Below are positions 1 to 13,000 of a stretch of DNA of 64,000 bases, in pieces (position 1 is the stretch's first letter; the number at the start of each line of letters is the position of its first letter). The translations under genes and the position numbers were made by a program. Source of the stretch: Octopus vulgaris (lineage: Eukaryota). The notes beneath the pieces were generated by a model that worked only from the letters and a program-made list of their open reading frames with translations, was not told where the DNA came from and did not search any database. The stretch covers positions 84,444,001 to 84,508,000 of the forward strand of contig OX597822.1 in assembly GCA_951406725.2 (NCBI GenBank), in the 5' to 3' direction.

Positions 1-1175
1 GTATATGTACTTACAGGAGGAAGTGGGTGGTGTGTGCATATATAGGAGGGCATCCATGTTGAGAGATGCGCATGGTGGAAGATGTGTCTCTAGTGTGGGG
101 TGCAGATGGTTTTTTGGGGTGTGTGGAGGTGTTCAAGTGTGGGATACAGGGTGTGGTGGAGGGTGGTGTGGCAGTGCGAATGTAATGTCAGAGGAAGGTG
201 TAGGGGAGATGAAAGGGACGGTAGGAAAAACAGTTATAGTTGGTGAGTAAAAAAAGATAAAAATATCAAAAATAAGAGGTACAAAGTCAGAAGAATGAAT
301 AAATAAAGTGATTGAAAAGAAGGTGGAGAGAAAATGCAGTGACATGTAAAAGAACATGTGTAAAGGGAAGGAAGTTAGACAGATGGAGAGAACTTCAGTT
401 GCGAAGGTGAAAGTTATAAGAAAAGAAGAGGAATCCGAGGGTGGCAGAGAGTGATTGAAATGAGTTTAAAGACATGTGAGTAAAATAACGACTCTCCAGT
501 CATGAACTGGTTGTGAAGAAATTAATTTTTTTCTTTGCACCCAGCTGTAGAAGGCATACCCTAGAGTACAGTTAAAATTGTATCTAATGACATATTATAT
601 ATATGCTAAGTGCTCAGGTTGGTTTATCACTAAAACTCTAACTTAAACTGTAAATGAAACAAAAGTGATTGTTGTAGTTGCCTAGCAACGAATGGCTTTA
701 AGTGGTTCTTCGTTAAGTGGGAGGAAGATACATTTTAAAAAGAAAGAAAGAGCAGACAAAACATGTGGCATCACTTTGCAGCACAGAATTTATTATTCAA
801 ACACAACTGCACAGTTGCTAGGGATTAAGACGTTGTGCATAAAGTACCATTCTCTATCAAAGATAGGTCCTCTGCCTTGATGCAATTTTTTTGAACCAGC
901 CGATCTAGGTCAGCATGGATATTCTTTCTTACTCTAGGCACAAGGCCCGAAATTTTGGGGGAGGGGGCCAGTTGATTAGATCAACCCCAGTATGCAAATG
1001 GCACTTAATTTATCGACCTCCAAAAGGATGAAAGGCAAAGTCGACCTTGGCAGAATTCAAACTCAGAATGTAAAGACAAACAAAATACTGCTTAGCAATT
1101 TGCCCAGCATGCTAACATTTCTGCCAACTTGCCATCAGCAAGGGTATTGCATTTAAAATGATGATACATGCATAT

Positions 1176-1387
1176 ATATACTGAGAAAAAAGAGGTAGTC
1201 AAAATTTTCGATAATTCTTTATTAATACTTTCGCTTGTTTAACCAAATTTTTCAAGACAAAAATTATGACCCAAAAATGATTTTTTTTTTTTGGTTTTAA
1301 TTTTTGTCTTGAAGAATTACGTTCAACAAATGAAAATGCTAATAACGAATTTTCTAAAATCCTGACTGCCTCCTTTTTCTCAATATA
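1176..1387. repeat. Foldback element, ~90-bp imperfect inverted arms
   Basis: tgagaaaaaagaggtagtca...ttcaagacaaaaatta is mirrored by taatttttgtcttgaa...tgactgcctcctttttctca. Confidence 0.75.
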
Positions 1388-1414
1388 CAGTATCTGTACA
1401 CCACATCAAACACT

Positions 1415-1435
1415 ATATCTATCTATCTATCTATC

Positions 1436-1498
<63 letters not shown>

Positions 1499-1603
1499 AT
1501 GTGTATATATATATATGTATATATATATGTGTGTGTGTGTGTGTATGTGTATATATATATATGTATATATATATGTGTGTATATATATATGTATGTATAT
1601 ATG

Positions 1604-1636
<33 letters not shown>

Positions 1637-1660
1637 GTTTGTGTGTGTGCGTGCATGTGT
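1415..1660. repeat. Compound (TCTA)n/(TA)n/(TG)n microsatellite
   Basis: Direct inspection. Similar tracts near 6375, 6990, 19030, 19330, 19960, 46662, 58298, 59044 and 59258. Confidence 0.95.
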
Positions 1661-2040
1661 GGAGGCACAATGGCCCAGTGGTTAGGGCAGTGGACTCGTG
1701 GTCGTGGGGTCACGGTTTCAATTCCCAGACCAGGCGTTGCTAGTGTTTATTAAGCGAAAACATCTAAAGCTCCACAAGGCTCTGGCAGGGGGTACTGGCA
1801 AACCCTGCTGTACTCTTTCACCACAATTTTCTCTCTCTTTCATCCTGTTTCTGTTATACCTGTACTTCAAAGGGCCAGCCTCGTCACACACCGTGTCATG
1901 GTGAATCTCCCCAAGAACTGCGTTAAGGGTACACATGCCTGTGGAGTGCTTAGCCACTTACACGTTAATTTCACAAGCAGGCTGTTCTGTTGATTGGATC
2001 AACTGGAACCTTCATTGTCATAACCAATAGAGTGCCGTGA
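1661..2040 (+). mobile_element. tRNA-derived SINE family 1 (Deu/Nin-like central domain); second copy at ~62970-63295
   Basis: A-box tggcccagtgg, B-box ggtttcaattcc; body tgtggagtgct(t/c)agccactt...gatcaactggaacc shared between the two copies. Confidence 0.75.
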
Positions 2041-2924
2041 CAACAATATGTAAAGTTAATAAAAGAAAAGAGAAAATATAGGGGATACTTGGTTAATTTT
2101 ATTTGTATCACAGTGAAAAAGTAATACAAAGTAATACGTATAAGATCCAAGATATAAAGGGACCGGATCAACAAAAATAACCAAAAAAAAACTTGCCCTA
2201 TACATTCTTGCAACCCCCACCCACTACTATTCCTGCTACATAAGGTATCACCTGGAGACTTCATCATCACTGTCTATCTCCTTGGACGTACCTTTAATTC
2301 ATTCTCACTCTCTCTCTCCTAAATGTGTGTAGCCATCAACTCTTCCCCCACACCTTAACCACCATCTAACATACGGATGCAGCATCTCTCCCTCCATAGG
2401 ATTGTTGACTTGCAAGATCCATGGTGATGTTGAGAGTGCCAGTGACATGAAAACGCACCCAGCACATTATAAAGTGGTTGGCATTAGGAAGGGCATCCAA
2501 CTGTAGAAACCGTTCAAAAATAGACACTCGAGTATGATGCAGTTCTTCAACTCATTGGGTCCTTGTCAATCTGTCCAACCGAAACCAGTATGGAACATGG
2601 GTGTTAAATGAGGATGATGTGTGTGTGTGTGAAATACTACTAAACGCCAGATTTACTACAATGCTAGATTCCATATCATTAGATAGTTTATCATGACAAA
2701 CATGTATGTTTAAAACTGACTCTCAAAGCTTTCCCCTTTATTACTGCATAATTGTTAGTTCCCTTTGTAAAATAAATGTGCGCTCCAATAGAAATACTAC
2801 TTATATATCTTGGACTGCACTGCTTCTACATAAATGAGAATCCGTTAATAAGCCTTTCATGTGACTCACAAAACCTCAATCCTTCCTCCAAACTTCAATC
2901 CTCAATCAATATTTTACGGCCAGT

Positions 2925-3320
2925 AGGGTGGCGAGCTGGCAGAATCGTTAGCACACCGGGCGAAATGCTTAGCGGTATTTCGGCTGCGGTTACGTTTTGA
3001 GTTCAAATTCCGCCGAGGTCGACTTTGCCTTTCATCCTTCCGGGGTCGATAAATTAAGTACCAGTTATGCACTGGGGTCGATGTAATCGACTTAATCCGT
3101 TTGTCTGTCCTTGTTTGTCCTCTCTGTGTTTAGCCCCTTGCGGGTAGTAAAGAAATAGGTATTTCGGCTGCCGTTACATTCTGTGTTCAAATTCCGCCGA
3201 GGTCGATTTTACCTTTCCTCTTTTCAGGGTCGATTAAGTAAGTACCAGTTACGCACTGGGTCAATGTAATTGACTTAATCCCTTTGTCTGTCCCTTCTAT
3301 GTTTGGCCTCCTGTGGGCAG
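2925..3320 (+). mobile_element. SINE family 2 with internal duplication (also ~925-1135(-), 14690-14895(-), 32870-33045(-), 33073-33260, 52418-52630, 52820-53030)
   Basis: ggcgagctggcagaatcgttagc...gagttcaaattccgccgaggtcgactttgcctttcatcc...taagtaccag; the 3' half is repeated at 3158-3320. Confidence 0.85.
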
Positions 3321-4599
3321 CCAGTAGTTCAGGAATTTCTTCTCTCTCTCTTTCTCTACAATAATGTTTCCTGTTAATGCGAAATCCCCCAGTTGAGTTA
3401 CCTTCATCTCCTAGTGTTGTTACAGAACAGAGTACTGTGTACAGAGCTGAGAGGGTGCAGCTTCAATACAAATGAGCATCTGTAAAAATTCCAAATTTGA
3501 CAAAAACCTCAACCACCTATATGTGACTTTGCAACCAACAGTTGACTATTTTCTCTTCTCTATTTCTTAATGGCTCCTCTGATGATATCCCAGTTGTTTT
3601 ACCAACATCTCCTAAATTCCAACCTGTGTTAAATCCGCTCCCTTTCTCTCAAGACTTCATCGGTCATTAGGTTTAACATTATCACACGGTCCGTGGGTAG
3701 CTTTAGTAAAGTCCCCTCTACGGCAGGTATTTTGCACCAAGGTGTCAAATCTCAGAATAACTCCTTCCTTCTTTTCCACCAAACTCGTAAGTCCTAAAAG
3801 TGGGTCGTGAGAAGTACCTTTGTTTTTTTGAGCCATTAAAAAAAAATTTATGCCTGCGTAAGTTCAAGGTGATTATCACTCATCATTGACCTTATCAATC
3901 TGGCAAGGCATCCAAAGGTTGCCGCCCTTTGGACAATGAGTGTATGCGTGCGCACACGCACACTTGTATATGTATACATATATATATGTATCTACATTGA
4001 GGGTGTGTACTTTTTTCGACACTATCACTGTTCATAATACAAAAGTGATGATTATGCACATTTCAGTCCCTTTTATTTTAAATCCCATCCGAAGACTATT
4101 AACTTTTCTGTAATATTACACCTAATGCAATCCGATAGAAATACTCTCGAAAGGTAAGCTAGATATAATATGCCGCCGAATCCGCGAACCGATATCGATC
4201 ACCGGTCTAATCTGTTCAGTTCAATTGTATTAAATAACACATTGTTTGCGATTGCTTTCTGCTGTAAGACGTCAATGACACAACACAACTCCCTTTATAT
4301 TATATACATTCCCTTTATAAAATGGGAGAAGTTGCGTGTCGCCTCCAAACAAGAGATCAATATTGTCATCACATCCGTTTGATCATGCGCTGAAAAACCG
4401 ATCAGGACTCAACATTTTATTAGAAACCATCGTTGATTAGTCAATATATAAAGAAAACTTTCTATAGTAGTTTTCGTAGTCGATAAAAGCAAATTGAAAA
4501 AAAAAATTAATAAAAATTAAAATAAAGCTATGAGTAAAAAAAAGGGGTGGAGTAAAAAACATATTTTTAAAAAATCGAACGAAATCCGAAATAATTATT

Positions 4600-4900
4600 T
4601 CCTTAAGTTCTTCCGGGAATGGTGAGTTTGCGGCAGCGGGGTCGACGGTGACGACGACGGGATCGGTAGTGGTCGTGATGGCGGAGGCGGCGGCGAGATC
4701 GACAGTAGTAATGGAGGTGGCGGCGGTGGGGGCTTGGTGGCGGCGGCGGGGGGCTTGGTGGCGGCGGCCTGGTTGACCTCTTACGAAGTCCTAACCAACC
4801 AATCAAAACACACAACAGTAACAACCTGACGTGGCATATAAAACGCCATCTTCTTCTTCTTCGTTTTTTTGTCCGCCATCTTGGTACGGTGCTGCAGAAA
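4600..4900 (+). promoter_or_regulatory. Probable ARF promoter / transcription start region
   Basis: Locally GC/CpG-rich with GGC repeats (4620-4775). Contains TTCCGGGAA (4611-4619), CCAAT (4799-4803), TGACGTGGC (4827-4835), TATAAAA (4837-4843), two YY1-type CGCCATCTT (4844-4852, 4874-4882) and a pyrimidine-rich initiator zone. The ATG exon begins with a splice acceptor, so an upstream non-coding exon is required. Linkage to ARF is inferred. Confidence 0.65.
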
Positions 4901-6371
4901 GACCAAATCACTTCCAAACATTTGGACCGTCTACATTTACTGCTGCAGATAAAACACTTTAATCACATCGTCGTTAAGAAGGTTTTATTTTTACTTTATT
5001 TTATTGAGTTCTTTTTTTTAATTTCTACATAAACCATTCTGTTGTCAGTGATGTTTCTTAAACGGGAGGGTTTTTATTTTAATGTATTCTAATATTGCTC
5101 GACGTGTGTGTGAGTGGCTTTTATCATTTCCACTTTATATCAGACAAAATGGAGGGCGTTTCTGCTATTATATATATATATAGATAGATAGATATAACAT
5201 ACATACACACACACATATATATATTATATCTATGTGTGTGTGTTTCGCGAGTATTCTGTGTGTTGCCAACATTGTCATTTATTATTAATCTTATTCCTTT
5301 CTCTTGTCATGTCCCCATCACGATTGCTTCTAGTCCACACATTAACAATAACTCTGAAATAAAAAAAAAAATCCACCCCTCTTTCATTGATCTTCAATTC
5401 TGCTGTTTTAAAATTATTTTCCTCTACAATATATCCCGATCCAAACTGTATTATTATTACATACGACTCGACATTGACATTTACATTGGGTTTTTTTTAA
5501 TGAAACCATGGTCGTCGCCAACTTATCTACGATATTATCGTTTCTATTAAAGACATCCTGATCGCCTGTTTTTTTGTTTTTTTTTTAAACATTTGCGTAT
5601 ATATATGTGCCGTATGTATGTATGTATATATACCGGCCGCATTTTCTTTAATCCATACTAACCGTCAATTGTAAATTGATAATCTGAGTATTAAATTTAG
5701 CTTTCTGCCCAAGCTGGAATGCGAGGACAAGCCCCTAAGTGGGCTGCATACATATCGGTTTATATCATCCTGTCTCCTATATTATTAATAAAGAACCGAC
5801 AGAAATTGCCTCCTCATGCACTGTTAAAGCATTGCTCATATACATGTCTCACTGTTAACCATATATACATATACATGATGTATATTAGCTGTAGTTGCCG
5901 ATATATAAATCACCTCGAAGGTATCTGGTTGTGTCGTACTTAAAAATGGAGGCTCCATTTTCTATTAAAACCACCAGTTTTGTTGCTGTTTCTTCCAGGA
6001 AACCCTTCCTTCTGAATTTATTGTATCATTTTGTCCACAACTATTTTAAAATTGCTCATTGCTTACTTTGTCCCTGATGCTTCTTTATAACAATCATACA
6101 GACGTCGGTGTGTGTGTGTGTGATTATATAGAGACATTATATTATGTTATCGACGTTAAAGATAGAAGGGCGTGTTAGGAAAGACTGTGACATCTAAATC
6201 ACACGCTTACCTTTCATCTGTTTGTCGCCTAAAAACAGGAAAAGTCACCCTTTTTTTCACTTAAACATTTGTGAATCAGAGCAGCTAGTACTCATATCGG
6301 CACTATTATACAACCAATTTCATAGATCGAACACACTCAATTATGCAAGCTTGTACAACGTTTATGGACCA

Positions 6372-6406
<35 letters not shown>

Positions 6407-6990
6407 GCGACTTAATCGAATAGTTCTATTCCTTTATAATTGTTACAAAATTTACAATATACATATTCTCTTGTTCAGGGACGTTAGCTTTTATGTGACC
6501 ATTTCACTAGTTTTTCGCTAGTTATGGCATTATTGTCGACAGGTTTTTATTTTGTTATGCAAAGGCATGTTTTAGAATTTCAAGATGCTTCAGTAATCAA
6601 CAAATGTCTTTATTTTTTTTAAAACTCTTCAATAAAAACACTTGCAGTTGACCGACCACGTTTCAGGTCTGTCCATAAGCTTCCACAATTGACTCGCACA
6701 CACCCTAGCTTAAAAAAAACATATATATATTAACGAGATAAATGAGTACGTTTTACATAGGTGTCCCATTTGCGAGAAGTAGCTAAGAGGATTTTTCTTC
6801 ATTTAGTTGTAAAAGTGTTCATGTATCTGTAAGCTCTTATAATATAATGGTTTCAGTCTTTGAACATGAAATATCTTGGCGTGGTGCTAGTTTGAATGAC
6901 AATATAATGATTAACACTGGTGCACGCCCCTCCACCACCAAATATATATATATATGTATGTATCTCCCTCATGTACTTGTGCTATCTGTA

Positions 6991-7030
<40 letters not shown>

Positions 7031-10000
7031 TATATATATATATACATGTATATATATAAAGTTGTAGTTGACCCAGTTGTGTTAGTCTCTGATCCTGTTA
7101 ATTTTGAACAGATGATGCAATGGGATTCGACTTTATCGGCAAGATTTAAATCTGGGGGCGGTGGAAGATAGTTAACATTCCTGTCACGTGTGCGTGTCTT
7201 TTTAGCTTAACCTGACAGCATGGCCGAGTTTCGTATTTAAGAGAAAAATACCTAATGAATTCCAGATTTCCCGTAAACGGACGTCAACGGGGATATCGAA
7301 CTCACATACTTTCATTACACACATGTGACTCCACACATATATATATATGTATATCCCCCCCGTCTCTGTGTGTTGTTCTCTTGTTCGTTTGTTAACGATT
7401 ATCCTGATTATTGGCTCAAACTATCTTGATGTGTGACTGTTCTCTTTATAATTCTACTATAATTTTAATGAAGATTTTGCCGTTTCTATTATCACTGATG
7501 TTGATTACATTATATTTTATTGTGGAAAGAAAGCATTGTTGCTTAACAAATCAAGTCAGGCGTTGATGATTTCGCCGATACCTTAATTTGCTATATATGT
7601 AACTGACTTTCATGTTCATTCGCAAGTCGACTACGTGGACAGGTAAAAACACATCCCTCCCTCTTTGTCTCTTTCTCGCTGGTAGCCTAATTATTTTAAT
7701 GCTAAGCAGTTGCGTTGAGGTTTAGTAGTAGGGTAATCCTCCCTTTTTAAACAAATTTTCGCAAATCCGATATACTTTTAAAAGCGAAGGTGTTAAAAAA
7801 ATAATACTGAGCGATGGTGGGGGATCTGTCGTTTCCACTCCGCTGTTTCGTATTTTGGTATAGTTTTCCATGTTCAGTGTAGAAGTGTGTTAATTAGCTT
7901 ATTGCATGTTCGATCTCTTCTTCGCATTATATCTATAGTTTAGTTTGATAGGGTAAGGGCTCAGAATTTTTTTCTGGAGAGTTGCTGCTGTCGCCAATCT
8001 GAAATAAAATTGAGAATCTAGATATAACTCGAATTTCGAAATAATGCATCTTTTTTATTATATTTTGCGTACAGTTTTGTGTATTGTGATTCTACCTTCC
8101 TTTAATAATTGATGTACCACGTGATGGGCGGATTCTCTCCCTTACTTAAACCGGCTGTTGAGTAGTAGCGTCATTTGTTGAATAAAGTCTCAGGTGTACC
8201 TGATGGATTTTTTATTGTCATTTTGGAGGACTCCAACATAATTCCTTCTCGTTCGGTAGCGGTCTGCCTCTTCAGAATTCAAACACTAGTTATGCAAGTT
8301 ACCTGGAGCGCGTAAAATTCCCCACGAAGTATTTGAATTTATCACTGTGATCATTATAAGGACGATCAAATAATTGCCTAAAGGATATTTGAATTAAACC
8401 AGTGAAACTTGTAAGTAGCGCGTACCAGACTACAACTTGAGGTAATCTAGCCAGATAGGATAAATTTCCCCAAGCTTTTAATCTTAGGGTTAAGAATGCA
8501 TCTTGAATGCAGTGTTTGTTGGGCTAGAACACGAGAAATTTAATGTATGTAACGGGTATAATATTCAGAGTAGTTGAATGAAACACCAAACTTGGAAATA
8601 GTCATATTTCAATCCTGAGTTTAAAACTTAAGTTTAAACAATGTTAAAGGGTTTATAACTGAAATATCCTTGTAAATAATATCATTGTTGTTACAAAGTA
8701 TTCTAAGCAAGAAAGTTACTATAACAGCTACTTTTCAAGGATTTTTTTTTCTATGAGTGTAAAATATGACAGAGATGTCCATATGTTATAAGTGTGAGAA
8801 AAAATATCATTTTTCTCAGGTGTGCAAATCGCCTAATAAACCAATCAAATGCCATTATAATCCAGGTAATGAAACAAATTTCCAGTGTACTAACTTGTAT
8901 CAATTTCTTTAGCTTTAAGCTTGTCTACTCTATTGAAGTATGGGGGACAATTTTATTCAAGTTGATATTGCTGAGCAAAATGCTTCAGTTACTAAGCCAT
9001 TCATAGACAACAATGTGATGGTATGGAAATAGCTTAGTCAGCAATATGCAGAGGTGTCATTTGGAAGTTGGTAGTCTCTGCTGGGATGCAATTCTTAGTT
9101 TCATGTCTCAAGCATTTCAGTCTAATAACTCCCCCAAACTTCTGTAATGTTATCAAATTTTTCTTGCCTTAAAATTTCACCTGTTGCATTCTTCACCCCT
9201 TTAACTCAAAGCACAAAACCTATTGCTACACTGTTGAGGTATTTTGTAAGCGAATGCCAAATCAAGTAAGCTATTTAATCAAAGGCAGCTTCATGTATCG
9301 TGTGACTCACTGTGTGGTAACAAAAATTTCAATACCATGTCATTGATCTCTCAACCACTGTCAACATACACACGGGTCTTAGTATTTTTCCAGTGCTTGT
9401 CATTGACCATTTAATACACACTCTATCTCAATGTTATTTTAAGTGAGCTCAATATGAAACATGACTGTTACCAATTTCCACTGGCAATTACAGAATGTTT
9501 TCATGCTAGCTTTGAGACAAATTGTATCAGTATGCATGTAATCTTACAAATGCTGTGACATGTTTTCAGTCATCTCAGAATAATCTGAAATCTATGTACT
9601 CATATTTAGATAGTGTAGATCGGGATCTCCAAACAATTTTATACCTTCAACCCCTAGGCACGAATAAAAAAAATAAGATGTGCAGTTTCCAGGCATTTAT
9701 TGACCACTTCGGAGACCGCTGATGTAGGTTGTAACTCTACTGAGGATTAATAGCAGCTATCTAAAGACATCGTTTTATAAAACATCTTGACTCCTTTTAG
9801 GGAAAAATGCATTTTTTGTAAAACAAGCCTCAATCTTAGTTATTGCATTTGAGACTACAAAATAGCTGATCCTGATAGGTTGCTTTTTGTAAAAAAAGAT
9901 TCACTGGACTGCTACTTACAACAAATGGATAGCAGCTCTTTAGATGGTAAACTGGTCGAACAGTTGTAGCATTGGATGGTCTGCTTTGTGGGATTTGTTT

Positions 10001-13000
10001 CATCTCTGTTTTGGGTGGTGGATTAATTGAACTGTAAAAATGCCTGACCAGATATGTCAGTATTTGTTCCAGCTATTTGTGTGCTTAATCCATTGCCTAG
10101 CTTAACATCACTAAAACCTGGTACTTTGGGTATTTTTAGCAAACTCTCCACTTTGTTGTAAGCATTCATACCAGATCTCTGCTTTGAAAATATCTTCCCC
10201 TGTCTCTCCCACTAGTTTTAGAGATGTTAGGCACTGCCTTTCCTCCTGACTAAAAATGTTTTTTTTTTTTGTTAATGACTCTTAATAAAATTTACCATGT
10301 TTCCCATTTCTCAAGAAGCTACAACTGCTTTCGAAACAAAAGCAAATGCTTTTAAAAGTAACTTGTATCCTATTTGAGAAAGATGTGGCTGCAGTTGTTG
10401 GTTGCTTACATAAATGGCAACACTACCTCGTAGGGAGACAATTTTCTCTCTTTGCAAATCAAACCATGTTTAACCCTTTAACATTTAAACTGGCCACACC
10501 AGCCCCAAATATATGACTTGTTTTATGTTCAGATGCCTCCAATCCAGCCCCTCACATCTATCCTGCAATCTCATTTTAAAAATAATCACATCAAAATCTT
10601 CAAGCTATAAGGTAATTAATTCATTCAAAACAATGTGAATAAATAAGGATTACAGTTGACAATAATTTGAATGCTGAAGAGTTAATAGAATTCATAAATG
10701 CAAAATAATGTCAAAACATTTTACTGGGGTGAGGGATGAACTTCATATGGGTTTGACATTTTCTACTGATGTAGAAAACACCATGTTTGCCAATGTCTTG
10801 ATCAGCCATATCAGGCCTGAATAGTCTATCTGTTCTGTTTGAACTGGTTAAATTCAGCCTCTCATATCTCCCCTACAGTCTTTCGGAAAATAAACAATCA
10901 CATCATTGAAATCTCAATGCTATGAGGTAACGCACGATTAATTCAAAATAATGTGAATAAATAAGCATCACATTATGACAATAATCTCAATGCTAAATGG
11001 TTAAATGCGTTCTGATTAAATTAACACTTTTAATGACAAATTATTGCACATGATTTATAAGATTGTTGTATTATGTAAAGGCAAAAAAGTCTTCTGTCTT
11101 CCAATACAGATTTCCACAAAATCTCTGATTGCCAAATATACTTCAAACTAAAGCCTAAATTTCCATAATCCTATGATTCAACAACTTGTAAAGGCCATTC
11201 TGGTTATCTCTCAAAACTATGTCTTAGCAATTTTCTCTATTTGGAATTCTTGGTATTATTCTGTGATAGAGCTCAAATTGTTTTTATAGAATTGCCAAAT
11301 TTTCTAAAATGTGGAATTTTGAAAAGCAAAATCACCAAGGAAAGTGGCAGTGGGAGAAGACATGAAGGAAGTCAGTATTGTTGGCTTAAAGTCATAGAAT
11401 ATTCTAGAATCTTGTTGGAAACTCCTTATTTTGGAGTGCTTCATTTAATTTACTCTCTACTCCCAGAACTGCTGCCATTGAGGCTCTTCATTATCCTTTC
11501 TTTTAGATGCTGTTCCCTAGTGATATTTCTCTTGACCATGCCCTAAAAATATACACACTTGCAAAAGTAATCCTTTAGTAGAAGCTAAACTACTGGAATG
11601 TAATGTTTGCTTATATTCAAATAAGTAATGGAACAGTTGAATTTTGGTCACAACAGCCAACATTTTCAGTGAAATACTTAGTCTTACGGAATCAGACTGA
11701 CCAGTTGTTGATTCAATTTCTTATAACTACACTTTTGGTTATCATTGTTCCATGCAGAGGCAGTATTCTTCAATGATTGTGTGATTATTCCACTGAGTTT
11801 TTTTTTTTTTTATTGCCCATTACATTTCCATAAAATCTTATTTTAGGCTATCACTGTTAGCTTTGCTAATTTTACAGTCTCAATTGGTTTTTGTGTTTTT
11901 TTTCTCTTAATGAAGAGTGAATATTGTGGTTCTGTGTTATTTCATAATTGAAATATCACAGTATTGCATTATGTATTGAATAAAAGTCTGTGTGTATCTC
12001 TTGTTATTACTCTACTTATAAACATAATGAAAGGTTTTGTAGTTTCAAGAAATATTAGCTTGGAAGTAAGTTTAGGATATGAAAGTGTACAAGTCTATCA
12101 AAACGTAAAGTGTCATCTTTTTTGAATTACTTATTTAATTACAAACTAGTTTAGAGACCACAACTTGCTATTTAATATTTGACATATGTGAGCATAGAAT
12201 ACAGAATTAGAAATAGCTTTATAGAAATGCATTCTTTTTTTTTTTTTCCCTGGTCAGGCAATTTTTTTCTAAGAATATAAGATTGGATTGAAATTGCAGC
12301 AAAACTGATAATTTGAACTATTTTCGTCTTCCAAATAAATTATTTGGGTCTCAGGTCTTCTTCCTTTACACACACAAATACATACATTACAGAACCTGAT
12401 AGCCCCAAAGTTTTAAATAGGAACCGTAAGCTGTGTTAGACAATTAAATAAGTCAAGTATTTCCTGTTGTGATTTTCGTTTTTCTTACTTTCTTTTTTAA
12501 ACAGTTTGACTTGTAAATGTGTCACACATATTTTCCTTCTTACCCCAGTTAAGTTCCAGAACACTTTACAGCTTTCTGGTAATTTGTCTAAGACTTTTAC
12601 GCTTATGAATTCATTATTGTGAAGCAGTGTTGATATGTGACTGAGGAATAAATAATTTAACTTATTGTTGATCGTTTATAAATTGTATTTTTGAAATACC
12701 ATTTTTATTTTTAAAAATGTTCGTTTGGAAATTAACAACTTATATTCTTTTGAAATCTCAATCTGTTACAACAAAGCACTTGATTACTTTTAAGTGAAAT
12801 AATTAGCATCAAAGTTGTGATAGGTAATTTGTTTTTTAGTTCATTCAAGTTTAATATTGAAATGTTCGAGTTTATACACATCCTAAATAAGCTGAATTAA
12901 ACATATAAATCTAAGCTAATTGCAGGAAATATTTCTTTTAATTCTAACTCTTATCTGCTTAGATCTATCAATGTAAAATATTAGTGCACAGTTTTATCTC

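Noticed and set aside
1-480. Purine-rich ORFs at the window start (and pyrimidine-rich ORFs at 18.0-18.4 kb)
   Set aside because: Strand-skewed low-complexity sequence, probably old repeat remnants; no domain or splice support.
1431-1753. Several 74-92 aa ORFs rich in Y/I/C/V/H/T
   Set aside because: Translations of (TA)n/(TG)n microsatellite; the same applies to similar ORFs at 6.8-7.1, 18.8-20.0, 46.6, 48.2 and 59.2 kb.
3579-3600. Other CTGATGA/CTGACGA occurrences (3579+, 22850-, 26222-, 29877-, 43121+) as hammerheads
   Set aside because: No helix II followed by GAAA and no NUH/helix I arrangement.
3750-3890. C/D box snoRNA on the minus strand (ATGATGA ... CTGA)
   Set aside because: Boxes are ~135 nt apart, there is no convincing terminal stem, and I recognise no rRNA-complementary guide.
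4603-4917. 104-aa Pro/Arg-rich minus-strand ORF
   Set aside because: Non-ATG start and low-complexity (GGC)n promoter DNA; no recognisable domain.
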